NCBI RefSeq assembly: GCF_036321535.1
Contig: NC_087438.1
Coordinates: forward strand, 4,960,001-5,024,000
Reading direction: 5' to 3'
Source of the DNA: Camelus dromedarius
Taxonomy: Eukaryota
DNA length: 64,000 bases
Part shown: one piece after another, positions 1 to 11,869 of the stretch
Layout: each line of letters opens with the position of its first letter
Position numbering within the stretch: the stretch's first letter is position 1
The notes under the pieces: generated by a model
What the model was told of the DNA's origin: nothing
Seen by the model: only the letters and a program-made list of their open reading frames with translations
The model's database searches: none
Made by a program: the position numbers and the translations under genes

Positions 1-680
1 TACTAGAAATCAGTAACACAAAGGCTCTCTGAAAGTTCATGTCATGTGAAAATTCCAACAGCAGGCAGTTAAATACCAATGGATCAAAGAGGAAACCACT
101 AGATAAATTGGAAAATACTTTAACCTGAATGAAAATGAAGACCCAACACACCGAATGTGTGGGGGGCGGTGAGAGTGGCACTTAGGGTGAGACGTACAGC
201 TGGGAACCCCTGTATTTTAAAAAAAAAGAAGAAAAATCTCAAATCATTAACAAATATTTTATCTTATAACACTACAAAAAACAAAACAAAACAAAACAAC
301 AACAAAAAACTATACCAGGGAGAGGAAGGAAATATTGAAGATTAGAGTGGAAATTAGTGAAATAGCACAAAAACAAAACTAATGAAAGAAAAAATTTGGC
401 TCTTTGGAAAAAATCAGCAAATTGACAAGCCTTTAGTTAGAGCAACCAGGAAGAAAAGAGAACTCAAACACTAAAATCAGGGTTGGAAGAGCAGGGGAAT
501 CATTTCCAACCTTACAGAAATAAAGATTTGGGAGGAAAAACTACAAACAGCAGAAAGCCAGCAAGTTAGGTTAACACGACGAAACGGACGAAACACCAGA
601 AAGATGCAAACTACTGAAACTGGCTTGAGAAAGATTTTTAAATGTCCTGCAAAAAAGATTGACTTGCTAGTTCTCTGCGC
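1..680 (+). mobile_element. Degenerate LINE-1 ORF2 fragment (L1M-type)
   Basis: Broken + frames resemble the L1 ORF2 post-endonuclease region (LWDAAKAVLRGKFIA-like near 155-215; SWFFEKINKIDKPL-like at ~395-440). A-rich, with many stops. Confidence 0.75.
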
Positions 681-1711
681 TCAGTTTTCCAAAGCTAAGT
701 CATTCTCTGGCTATGCCTCTTACTTACTTCACGGTCTTGTTTTTTTTAAATCAACTCTCTCACTTTAATAAATGTATGTTCCAATGAAATTTTGTCACTA
801 CCAGAAACAGAAAGCCAGTGTCACTTGTTCTATAAACACAGTAAATGTAAAAATAGTAAGACAGAAGTAAAGGAGTGTGATCCAGTTCTCTCATGTGCTC
901 CTGCCTCCTGCAGACATAGCTGAGACCCACCCTCCCCATCACAGCACAGACCAGCCCAGCTCCCTCAGCGTCCTCTCCAGCCAACTGCGGGACGCGTGCC
1001 AGGGTCTGCAAAGCTCAAGCGGCCGTCCCTTCTCAATCACGTGGCTGGAAGAAAAGAAATCTCAGATCAAAAGGGGCTCTTCCCCAAAGAGTTAGTCATG
1101 ATGAGAAGGTAAATCTAATAGCATCCACTGGAAAAACTAAATGCTGTGCAGATAAAACCAGGAGGGTTGGATTATTCTCCTCTGGCCGCAGCTCCAGTTT
1201 GCTGTGGTGCCTCCTCCCATAAACTCTGAACCCAGATGCGGTTCAGCCCCTGCAGTTGCAGTTTGACTTGGCAGATTTGGAGACAAAGGCCGCTGCTGCT
1301 GGGATAACAGGAGAAGAGAACTGACCAGTCACGGCTGAATCAAACGCTGAAGATCTCGACTGTCTCCTAGAGATGCAGGAGGGGTAATGACGGAAGGAGA
1401 AAGATCCTAGGGGAAGAGAGATTGTGCTCTGTACATTCTCCCCACAAAATCACATTTGCTGATAACGCAGGCTGGTAAGTTAGTAAGACCCTGAAAGAAG
1501 ATGAGGCCGATCTGAAGGCAAACTTGGAGATAAAACTAAGACGGAAGGTCCTATCAGGCGAACGGAGGCAGAGTTCCTGTGGGGGAGCCTTGTTTTCCGT
1601 TCAGGGAATGAATTCTAGGTCACCAGCTGGTGGCCGTGCAAGGTGAAAAGGTGTCAGGCACATGCCCAACAGTGCTGCTCAGTGGGGGCAGAGCTCTCTT
1701 TGTTGGCACTC

Positions 1712-1820
1712 TGATAGGGGGTCAACTGTGTGTCCCCAGAAGATATGTTGAAGTTCTAATCCAGTGTCCAAATGAAACTTGGGGTGTGTCCCACTGGGGA
1801 AATAATAGAGTTTACATAAG
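1712..1820 (+). mobile_element. MaLR MLT1 LTR 5' fragment
   Basis: 'tgtgtccccagaagatatgttgaagttctaatcc' resembles the start of MLT1A/B consensus. Confidence 0.5.
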
Positions 1821-1869
1821 AAGGAGGCACAAAGGGATGCCTGGTGGCCATCAGAGTAAACTCTCTGGA

Positions 1870-2240
1870 GAGCACTGGCGTCCGTCACCATCCAGCTCCC
1901 CTCTTATTTTGAGCACAGAACCACACCCCATCTCTCAGCCTCCCTTGGAGTCTGGTGTGACCATGTGACTAAGCTCTGGGCAACGGAGCGTGAGCAGTGC
2001 TGTGTACCGCCTTCATCCAGAGCATCAGAACCCCTCACTCGTGCCCCTCCACGCTCCTTCCCCCTTCTGAGGGGCATGACATGAACACAACAGCCTTAGA
2101 GGCGCTGAGTTGAAAACCGCAGTGTTTGCCAGCCGACGCTCCTGAACAACGTTTAGACAGGTGCTCTCCGTAGCCCAGAAATAACAGCTCTGGGCTACTA
2201 TATGAGAAAAGCGTGTGTTTCAGCCACTGCACAGCTCACT
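1870..2240 (+). mobile_element. Old MaLR LTR (MLT1H/J-like)
   Basis: 'gaccatgtgactaagctctgggcaacggagcgtgagcag' and a 3' 'gtgtgtttcagccactg' are typical MLT1 motifs. Confidence 0.55.
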
Positions 2241-2865
2241 CCCTGCTTGTCACAGCCGAGTCAGCATGGTGCGTGCTTGGGTACGTGGTGACTGTGTGCT
2301 GATAGGCTGTCAGATGGGGGAGATGGGTCTGGCTTCTTCACCGCATCGCTGGTTCTTCTCCGTCAGCTGAAACTGCATCATCCCTGACTGTTCTTCTCTT
2401 CATAAATTGTCCCGTTCTTTGATCTATCAGGCCTTAAATCTTCTTCAGCCAGTCTTAGACCTTCCTTTTCATGTAAACAATAGTTGTGTCCCCAAAGTCA
2501 AAATACCTAAATATGAATAAGGTCAAAGTTGGACTCCTCAAGTTTCTCTTTGTCCCTTTGCTCTTTGACTTGTTAAAGTTCCTTTTCTTTCGAAGAAGCA
2601 AAGATAGGGTTCTCCATACTGAGATGGAGCTTCTCATACTCCAAAGTTCTAAAAAATGGTTGAAATTTAAAAAAAAAAAATGATGATGGGAAACAAGAAA
2701 GGATTCATTGTCTCTAAAAGCAATGAGAAATCCTTGAAAGGTGTAAAAGCAGACCTGAAGTGTTTGGAAATAGAAATCCTCAACGCTAAACTCATGAAAT
2801 TGTGGGAAAAGGACCAAATGTATGTGGTAATTAGAGGAGGTGGCTATGAAGGGGGGGCAGGACAC

Positions 2866-2924
2866 CTGGGGGAGGGGTGCCTGAGCACTCTGGGGGAGGG
2901 GTGACTGAGCACTCTGGAGGGGGA
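2866..2924 (+). repeat. G-rich minisatellite, 24-bp unit x ~2.4
   Basis: ctgggggaggggtgcctgagcact (2866-2889), ctgggggaggggtgactgagcact (2890-2913), then partial ctggaggggga. Confidence 0.9.
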
Positions 2925-3329
2925 GCGCCCAGGTGGCCCCATCCCACACACCTTGGCCAGGCAGCTGTTGAGGGGCCATCTGGATGGTTTGGGTGCAAGA
3001 GCAGGAAAGTGTCCTCATGGTCAGAGGGGCCTGGGATGGCCAGGCAGAAGTCAGGTTGCCCAGAGGGCATAGCCAGCAGCACATCAGGGCGCCCTCCGCC
3101 CTCCCAGAGAAGCTGGGGCAACAGCGCCCCCCAGTATCCCTCCCTTCCCCTAAGGAGCCTGCAACCCAATGCAACAGGGTTTCTCAGACACAGAGACGAG
3201 AGTGAGATTCTAAATTGCTGGGTAAATGGAGGCCTAACAGTCCCAGCTCAGGGAGAGATGTTTACCCGATGAAATGCGCTTAACTGAGCAATCAGACTGC
3301 AGCTTGTAAGACGCTGATGTGCTGAACCT

Positions 3330-4060
3330 TCAGAGATGAAAGAGGATCTTACAAGAATAGAAAGAGCGTGAAAACTAAAAATTTGTTCATGCAAATAAAC
3401 ATTTCAGCAGATCAGCTGAATAACGTGATGCACACAATGAAAGAACAAATTCTCCCACCAGAAGATGAGGGTGCGGAAGTCTTCCAGGAGGATAAGGAGA
3501 ATGAAGCACGAAGGAACGTTTGGAAACATAGTGACTAGAGAGAGATTACAGTGTCAATCCAGCATGACTTTTAAAAGAAGGAAGAATAGAACGGAAGTCG
3601 AATCCGAAGAATTAGCAGAGAAGGATCTCCCAGGAGGACTCTCAGAGCTGGCTGAGAAGTACCTTAAAAAAAATGAACATCCAGACACATGTAATGAAAT
3701 TTCAAAAACAAAGTAGAGAATCCAAACCCTTTCAACTTTTAGACAAAAAAGACAAAATACAATAATTACATCAAATCAGCATGAGAATTCTTATACGGTA
3801 AGAATTATCCTATAATTAACAAGTATCAGAAGGTAATGAAAAATATCCTGAAATCTGAGACAAATAATCAGGATTAGAATTCTATGCTCAAAATGTAATT
3901 TTACTGTCAGGGCAGAATGTAGAATTGTTTAGATATCTGACAACTCAAAGCTCATCGTCACTAATACAATACAGGTCATGTTTACTGACCAGAATAAATT
4001 CCAGAGAAATGATATTGCAGATGCCACATTAACTGATCAAAGTACAATGAAATCAGAAAT
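3330..4060 (+). mobile_element. Ancient L1/HAL1 ORF1 remnant
   Basis: Purine-rich sequence whose broken frames resemble the L1 ORF1 coiled-coil/RRM region. Multiple stops and frameshifts. Confidence 0.55.
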
Positions 4061-4064
4061 TAAA

Positions 4065-4070
<6 letters not shown>

Positions 4071-4122
<52 letters not shown>
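4071..4122. repeat. (TA)26 microsatellite
   Basis: Perfect TA run read directly. Confidence 0.98.
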
Positions 4123-4125
<3 letters not shown>

Positions 4126-4164
4126 CTTCCACAAATTACCTGGAGAAAATAGACTTCGAAATAG

Positions 4165-4490
4165 TTTTGGATTAAGAAGGAAAATGGGCAAAATGGGTGA
4201 AGGTGGTCACCAGGTACAAACTGCATTATAAAATCAATGTCGTGGGGGTACAACGTACAGCATGGTGACGGTAGCTAACAACACTGTGTTGTCTACTTGA
4301 AGGTTGCTAAGAGAGTAGATCTTAAAAGTTCTCATCACAAGAAAAAACATTTACCTCTGTGAGTTGATGGATGTTAACTAAACTTATCGTGGTGATCATT
4401 TCATTATATATACATAGATCAAATCACTATGTTACACACCTAAAACTAATACAATGTTACATGTCAATTATATCTCAGTTTAAAAAAGAA
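4165..4490 (+). mobile_element. L1MA9/10-like 3' end
   Basis: 'tacagcatggtgacggtagctaac...aggttgctaagagagtagatcttaaaagttctcatcacaag...gtcaattatatctca' followed by an A-rich tail. Confidence 0.85.
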
Positions 4491-4639
4491 TGAAGAAATA
4501 GCTCAACCCTCATAAACCAAGACTTCTTCGCATTATTAGTAACCACCTCCCACCTCCCTGAGCATCCTGTCCTACTGTTTACACACTCAAGTATCTGACT
4601 TTCCATGGGTCACAGGACACTTATTGCTTCAAACTGTTG

Positions 4640-5140
4640 CCAAAGTAATTTTCAGGATATTTTCCAAGACTTTAAAGAACGCTTCAAAATGCATGCTGGG
4701 CCCCTCTTTCACTGCTTTTTTTTTTTTTTTTTTTTTTTTTGTCTAGAAGCACAAATTCACTTAAAGTATTACACACACACACCAAGAAATAATGAAAATT
4801 GAAAACTACTTAGAACTGAACAACAATAATCTTCTAAAACAATGAGATGAAATTAAAGTGGTATTGAAAGGAAAATTCATATTGTGAACACATTTATATA
4901 AAAAATTAAGTCTGAAAATCTGTGAAACGCTTTCAAACCAAGAAATTGAAAAAGAGCAATAACATAATCACTAAGAGAGCTTACAGAAGGAATTAATGAA
5001 AGCAAAAGCAGAAATTAATAAAGTGAGAAACAATTTAAAAAGTATGTTTCATCAGTGAAGGAAAGCTTTTATTTGACACTAATAAAACAGACAGAACTCT
5101 GTTAAATATGATCAAGGGAAAGGATAAGAAAGTAGGATGG
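4640..5140 (+). mobile_element. Degenerate L1 ORF2 fragment, with a poly-T run at 4716-4741
   Basis: 'acttagaactgaacaacaataat...aaagtggtattgaaaggaaaattcata' resembles the ORF2 KAVLRGKFI region. Probably continues the 3330-4060 element. Confidence 0.6.
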
Positions 5141-5499
5141 TCAAAAATCCCACATTTAATATGACGTTGACAGTTTCAATGTTGGATCGCTTTTGTCTGT
5201 TAAACAGCATTATACAAGAGGCCTTTTGTTAGTGCCTGAAATTTGCAACTGTGACTTGAAATCTCTACCAGCTGGGAAGGGACTTGCCAGTTGAGAGTGG
5301 AAAATAAGATACACTGAAGAGAGGTGAAGAAAATGCTAGTGAAGTGAAACGTTTCTGTCTCCCCTGCACTGATCCCACTTCACTCGATGAACTGGTTTTG
5401 CAGTTTGCGGATTATTACACACCAGTGAAAAGCTGGTCAAAGTCTCCAAGGTGGAAACATCTCAACATCCATCAGAATCCCTCAGCCCCTTTTCAGCAG

Positions 5500-5865
5500 T
5501 AAACAGAGGTGGAGGAGGCCGTGCTGCCCAGCATTCCCACATTTCCCCTACGTGACACGTGGCCATAAGTTCATTCAACGGAACGTGAGCAAAGGCACCT
5601 GTGCCCCTTCTAGGTCAGAGCATGACAATCAGACCATGCCTTCCCCATTCTCTTCAGTTTCTTACCAGGTGGAGGGCTATAATTCTCAAGTCAGAGCAAG
5701 CTTGGACAGCTCCTATAGAAAGACAGACTTCATCGGCCTGGATCCCTGAGGGACTCTGTGGAGCCAGCCCCTGACAACCTGGGGCACCACCTTCAGATCA
5801 TCCTGTGAGGCTGAAATAAAGTTCTTTCTTTTGAAGACACCCTATTTATTACAGCACCTTAACAT
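5500..5865 (+). mobile_element. Old MaLR LTR (MLT1I/J/K-like)
   Basis: 'ggatccctgagggactctgtggagccag...gaaataaagttctttc...tttattacagcaccttaac' matches the MLT1 3' pattern. Confidence 0.55.
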
Positions 5866-7317
5866 ATTGGTTAATTCAAGTGTCATCCAAAATATGACAT
5901 ATTTTGGAACCAAAAAAAAGATATGGTGTTGGGATTATGTTCAAATATCTTAGAAGGATTTTTTTGGTGATGTATTTATAGGTGATTATTTACTTCTGTA
6001 TAACTGACTTCTCTTTGTTGTTTTGTTTTGTTTCTTCTATAATATCTACAACAAAAATGAATGACTTTTAATCAGAAAAAAATTTGTTTTGAAGTTTCGG
6101 TACACAGTATAGATAACATTAAGAATCTTAGCAAGAAGAACTACAGAGGGAATGGACAATCTGAATGACACAAAGCACAAGAAATGTGTGTCAGCAAGTG
6201 TCAGCACATAGAGATGATGATACGCCAGATCTTCTTAAATAAAAGAAAGCACTTTTTCCAAAATGTCATTAATTCAGTTAATGACTAATATAAAGATGTT
6301 TTATAATTTCTGAAGGGTGTGTATGTATATATGTGTGTAGAATTTTTAATAACTTAGGACAATTTTAATAATTTAGAGCTTTAATGGGCAAGGACCAAGT
6401 TTAGTGGTTCAGTTAATTGCTGACAAAATTTTTTGTAGCATGAGGAACACCATAGATATTATCCATTGGGATTATGCACTCATCAGCAGCACATGCTCCA
6501 TCATGCGATCATATGTAGCACTGTACGTGTGTGTAGGAACGTCAGCGTGCTAACTCGTCATGGGAGAAGAGTGATTGAAACATGGATGATTCTTCAATTA
6601 TTTTAACAACACGTTCTTCAAACAAAGTATCTCTGCTTCTGATTCTCCAGCCTTTGTTTTGCAGTTCCCCAGTGTTTCTCTCCCTCAGTTTGAAAAAGAC
6701 TGGGACAGTATGACCCTGTACTAACAGCACATATTGGACCTTTTTTTCTACTCCTTTGCTTATGTTATCTCACCAAGACTCTGCAGAAGTTCTAGGGATG
6801 ATGTTCAAATTTCTCCCGTAAGATTGGTCAGATGTCTTAAATTCATCCTTCATTTATGTCAGTTCGTTACCTAAGAAGCCATGTTACTCTCCACACGCCT
6901 ACATGTTCCTGATCCTGAGTCTGGCCTTTCACCAAGTAGGATGTAGGTGGACGGCACTGCTTTCTCTGTCGGGCCCCAGATGCAATAAATCACATGTTAT
7001 CTTATCTCTCACTGTCCGCTGCTCCGAGTCCCCAAGGAAGGACCAATAAGGATGTCTATCAGCTCCAGCGAAGTCAGCTCTGACTGACTCAGATTTTCCA
7101 AAACAATAAACAGGGTAGAGAAAATGTCTAAAGAAAAAAATTAAAACTCCACCCTTTAATGAATAGAAAACAAAAATTATCTTCTTTGCTTTCTCTGATA
7201 TTAATAATTTGGGAATAAATCTTGTTCTATAGACAATGTTTTTAAAAACTGAACAAGAATGTATGATTGCCAATGATTTTTTTCAATTTAAAATAATGTT
7301 TTTATTTATTATTGCTG

Positions 7318-7562
7318 ACCTAACATACAACATGGTGACTATAGTTACCAATGATGCGTTATATACTTGAAATTTGCTAAGATTATATCACAAGAGTTCT
7401 CACCACACACACANNNNNNNNNNNNNNNNNNNNNNNNNNNNNNNNNNNNNNNNNNNNNNNNNNNNNNNNNNNNNNNNNNNNNNNNNNNNNNNNNNNNNNN
7501 NNNNNNNNNNNNNNNNNNNNNNNNNNNNNNNNNNNNNNNNNNNNNNNTAAATCTGGGAAAAA
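7318..7562 (+). mobile_element. L1MA-type 3' end interrupted by an assembly gap
   Basis: 'tacaacatggtgactatagtt...ttgaaatttgctaag...agttctcaccacacac' precedes the gap and 'taaatctgggaaaaa' follows it. Confidence 0.75.
7414..7547. other. Assembly gap (134 N)
   Basis: Run of N. Confidence 0.99.
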
Positions 7563-8089
7563 TATTTAAGTGAAGCCAGGGGTAGTATCATTTAGTAGAC
7601 TGTATATTTATTACAAATATTTTAATAAATTGGTAAACATAGCTCATAGTCAACAGCCTTCGAGAGGGGACTGTAATTGCCATTGATTTTATAAAGAGCT
7701 AAAATAAATTCATCATCTGATATAAGGGGAAACCACACAAAATAGAATCTTAGTAAAACCAAAATATAATCATTTAAAAAATCTCAGAATAAAATGAATT
7801 GTTTATATTCCTAACAATATATTCACATACCTATAATTCATTGTCTCCTTCTTCTAGAGATTTCTTTTCCCCTCAGTGATGTGTGTTTTCGCTTTTATCT
7901 CAAGTGTTGACATATATTCCTTTTTCTTGGTTGGACAGTTCTCACAGAGCTGAAAACTGAAGCCTGAGATGTGCGCATCATTAGCGATTCCACACCCCAC
8001 AGAACTGTCCTTTCCATCAGCATGCTGATAAATGGCTCGGCACAGTTGAACCTTAGGAGAGTTGCTAGAGCGCCCAGTAAAATCACGGG

Positions 8090-8480
8090 GTCTTCCGGAG
8101 GAGACAGGAAGGCAGGTTTACCCGCGTGGGTAAACAGCTACCTGGCAATAGCTTGGGGGGCGAGGGGGGGGGGGCCAGGCTACAATAATGCACTGGGAAG
8201 ACTGAGGCGTCCGGGTTGATGGGGAAAAGTGGCACCACAGCTGTCACCGTGCCGCGGCGCCCCCCCGGAGCGCGGAGTCACCAGGGGCGAGCCACCCCGC
8301 TGCCGCGCGCTCGCAGACGCGGCGTGTCACTGAGCGGCAGGGCAGGCGGCGGCCGCGGCGGGAGGAAGGCCGGCTGGCGTCTCGGAGGCAGCGCCGCCTG
8401 GGTCCCGCCACGGAAGCGCGTTCCTTCTGAGCCGTCCTCTCTCACGCTCCCGTGGGAACGCTCTCCTCGTGCCAGCTCGG
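8090..8480. promoter_or_regulatory. CpG island / probable promoter
   Basis: Very GC-rich with dense CpG (gccgcggcgc, gcgcgctcgcagacgcggcg, ggcggcggccgcggcggg). ETS-like CGGAAG at 8411-8416 and a G11 run at 8164-8174. Unlike the CpG-depleted flanks. Confidence 0.85.
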
Positions 8481-9367
8481 GAAACAGACCCGCACACGCT
8501 CCATCAAGTCAGGGGATGGACTCCACTGAGGACAGCTTCATTTTCCTTCTCCCTCTGACCCTGGAGAAGTGACATCGGTGTGCCTCCACGCGGGGGGAAA
8601 TGGAGCAAATGAAATCCCGAGTCACCTGTCAGACCATCAGGCCCAGAAGGTGTTCCCGAATGCTGCCATCAGGGAGGCTGTTTTTCTCCTACAGTTGGTG
8701 GAGGTGTTTTGCACGAGTCAAAAGAGCATTCTTTTTGCTATTGATTTTTTAACAGTTCTATGAGTTTTAACTCGTGTATAGATTTGTAAGCCAACATCCC
8801 AGGATACGATTTAGTGTCAAAGAGAGCACCCCAAAACTCTCTTGCTACCCCTCTCTGGGCACACCCCACCCCCACCCGGAACCCCCGGGACTTCTGATTT
8901 ATTCAATATTGATATTTTTTTAATTTAAAAAAGAAACTAAGAGGAACGTAGGTTTGTAGTTACACTTCCCATTTTACCCAAAGTAGTCAGAGAGGAAACC
9001 TTGCTTTTGTTGTTGAGCAAATTGATTGACTTGTCCTAATAAAAGGAACGTACAAGCAGAGAAGTGTATGTTCAGAGAGAGAGAAAGAGCGATAAAGGGT
9101 CACCTTTGCCATTGTATTGTCCCATGTCTACATCAGATAAATGGGAAGCTGTCCTGTTTTTAAAGCTGGATGGAAAGGAAGAGATTCTACCATTTCCCAC
9201 TTTAACGTAACAATGTAGTATCAGGTCATTCTCCAAATAGGAGGGCTTTGCCCCCCTAAGCTTGATGTACTGTTATGTAGATACATGTAATATAAATACA
9301 GTAAATATATAGATATACATAGTGTGTGTGTATATGTCACATATAAAATATCTAATATATATGTTAC

Positions 9368-9422
<55 letters not shown>
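9368..9422. repeat. (TAGA)n tetranucleotide STR, ~13-14 units
   Basis: Perfect GATA run inside a TA/TG low-complexity patch (~9280-9450). Confidence 0.97.
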
Positions 9423-9424
<2 letters not shown>

Positions 9425-10016
9425 GATTGCTAGATACTGGTAGAGATAAATAATTTACTAAATGAATCTTACTATCTCCTCAGTCTTTTCTTCTTAAGGC
9501 TAAATGATTTTCTCCTTCAAGAATCTGCCTTTTTTCCCCTAAATATGTTAATAATTTCATGATCTCTCCACAAAGATCTCTCAAGTCCTTCTTGTCATTC
9601 TTAAGCTGTGCGATCCTGCCTGCCTCCCATCTCTCAGAGTCTGAGCACAGAGACATGACCGTGTCACGTGCAACGGCAATGCAAGAATCGCTCCGGCTCA
9701 GGAACACATCCTGCATTAGCGCGGGGAGGGCTTGCTATCACAGGGGACACCAGGTTTCGTGCCCAGGGGCCCTGTTTGTGGCGTGTCTGATACATATCTT
9801 TTCTTTTTAAAGCACTACCTTATCCCTAGGCATGTTCTGGTTTCTGTGCAAAACCATTTCTTTCTGTGCTTAATGAGACCGTGTCTATAAAGCACTTGCG
9901 AGAGTGGCAAGTTCACGAGGAGTGGATGTAAGTTCTGTCACGGTTGTCACTGTGCTTGCGTGCAGTGAGCTTTCCAACTTTTGACATGTGGTTTTCATTC
10001 CCATTCTATCCTTCAG

Positions 10017-10174
10017 TGGAAGACTGTACTTTCAGGGATCATTTCTGTAGTTCCTTTCCCTTCAGTGACTTACTCCTTAATCCTCAGCCCTGCCCGATCC
10101 CCCCGACACACAGTGAAACTCACAAATAGGACGTTTAGTTACATTATTTATATTCTGTTTCAAGATGGATCCAA
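10017..10174 (+). other. Candidate exon ending in a strong-Kozak ATG (M-D-P)
   Basis: Acceptor gttttcattcccattctatccttcag| at 10016; caagATGG at 10165; donor CAA|gtgagg at 10174/10175. No homology recognised. Confidence 0.25.
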
Positions 10175-11869
10175 GTGAGGACCGTTCGGAATCCCAGTTA
10201 AATTCCTTATATGCCTCCTCAACCAACTGACACTCATCTGATCGGTTGCTGTTGTGTTATATTTTAGAACATTCTGAGTTGTAAGAATAGAGCCATTGAT
10301 TCCAAACTGCTGATGATGGGTTTTAGATAACAGAACATCTGTTATTCATAAAATATTTTCTTGAAATTAAAGACATCTAAAAGCAGATGAAATTAATATT
10401 GAATAATTTACTTGATTTTCAAATAAACATTGTGCATTTGTGACGCTTTGACGATTTTTCAATTTTTGGAGGAAGGTTCAGAGACATTAATTACAGAAGA
10501 CTTAACTACTAATGTTGCTCTTGGTTACTCAATCACCTTTACTTTATCATTGAGTATTTTGAATATCATTTGTGCAAGAATGAACACTTACTGTATTTTT
10601 ACTCAGCAGTTAGTCTTTGAATGTATTCTTGAGAGGACTTTCTTTTTCTTGGGAATAAAATATCCTTTTATAAGTACTCAGTTTCTGATGTTCATAGAGT
10701 TCCAGGCATAATTTTCCAAGATATTTTTAACTGATGAAAACCAATTGTTTTTGGAATCATTAATGCAATTTTGGTTGCTTCTGAAGACATTTGTCACTTC
10801 AGTTTACATGAGGCTCATGCACTAGCATGTTCACTTATACTGGTAGGGGCCTTGTCCACCAACATTAAAATCATTTTGCAAGCCTTCTTTGGAGTCACAT
10901 CATAACAGTGTACAGATTATAAGGACATCTTTAAGGCAAGCTGATGACATTACAGGTATTTTACAGGCTACAGTGGGATCAGGGTTAGCCCTACTCTCGC
11001 CCTATTAACTGCCAAACGTGGGCCCTACAAAGTCCTGTGAGCGCAGCTCCCATGTACACAGCCTGGGAGAATCTGACAGGGCAGCACGGTGTTTCCTGTA
11101 AATGGCTCAGAACAGCAAGGGGCATTCTTGTTAAAGATACTCAAACTCAGAATTTTTTTCTCTACTAGGTCAAAATGGGCAGTACTGATTATAAAGCGAC
11201 AATTAGAAACAGCCTGCACTGTTGGAGTTAACTGCTTATTCTAAGTCTGAAAAGAACATAAATTTTAGACCTGGCGGCTATGAATGCAGCTTCCATGTTA
11301 GCCTCATCGCTTGGGAATGGCCTGACAGGGTAGGGAACACTTGTCGGTGAGAAGCTCAGATGGAGAGATGGCAGGACCAGGATCCTGGAATAAGAGGAGG
11401 GCTGAGAACTTTGGGGAAGTCTGCTCTGTGACAGGTGACGCAAGAGCGGCGTCGGCGGAGCACCTGGGCAAAGGCACAGGTCAGGCAGGTCAGGCAGAGT
11501 CAAGGCCAGGCGGGGTCATCGGGCAGAAAGTAGCCATCACAGTCCAAGGTAAAGATGGTGGCGTCCAGAGTGCTGTTTACGAGTCACAACTGGTCAGACA
11601 GAAATCTCCCAACTACCATGAATGACACCAGAGCCAGCTCTGCAGAAGCTGAAACACTAGCAGGGACTCCTATGCTGACCATCTGAGACACCTCCCATTA
11701 GCCATTTTCCACCAATTGAAGGGGTGCTTCATGGTCCCAGAAGGCTGGCTGGCTGCCTTCTGAAAAGCATGCTGAAAAAGTTCCTGTGGCCCCAATCATA
11801 ATCCCGGGTTAGCAAGAGTGAGCATGGTCCTGAGCGGTCCCACCCGCAAGGTAACACTCTCGTCTTCAT

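Noticed and set aside
2866-2924. CRISPR-like array
   Set aside because: These are head-to-tail units without unique spacers in a mammalian context, so it is a minisatellite.
2455-3174. Longest ORF in the track (239 aa, - strand)
   Set aside because: It runs through the G-rich minisatellite (PLQSAQSPLPQSAQAP repeats) and a homopolymer. The composition is not protein-like and no domain was recognised.
3330-4060. Possible L1TD1 (domesticated L1 ORF1)
   Set aside because: There are multiple stops and frameshifts, no Glu-rich insert, and an ORF2 remnant follows. It is an ordinary L1/HAL1 fossil.
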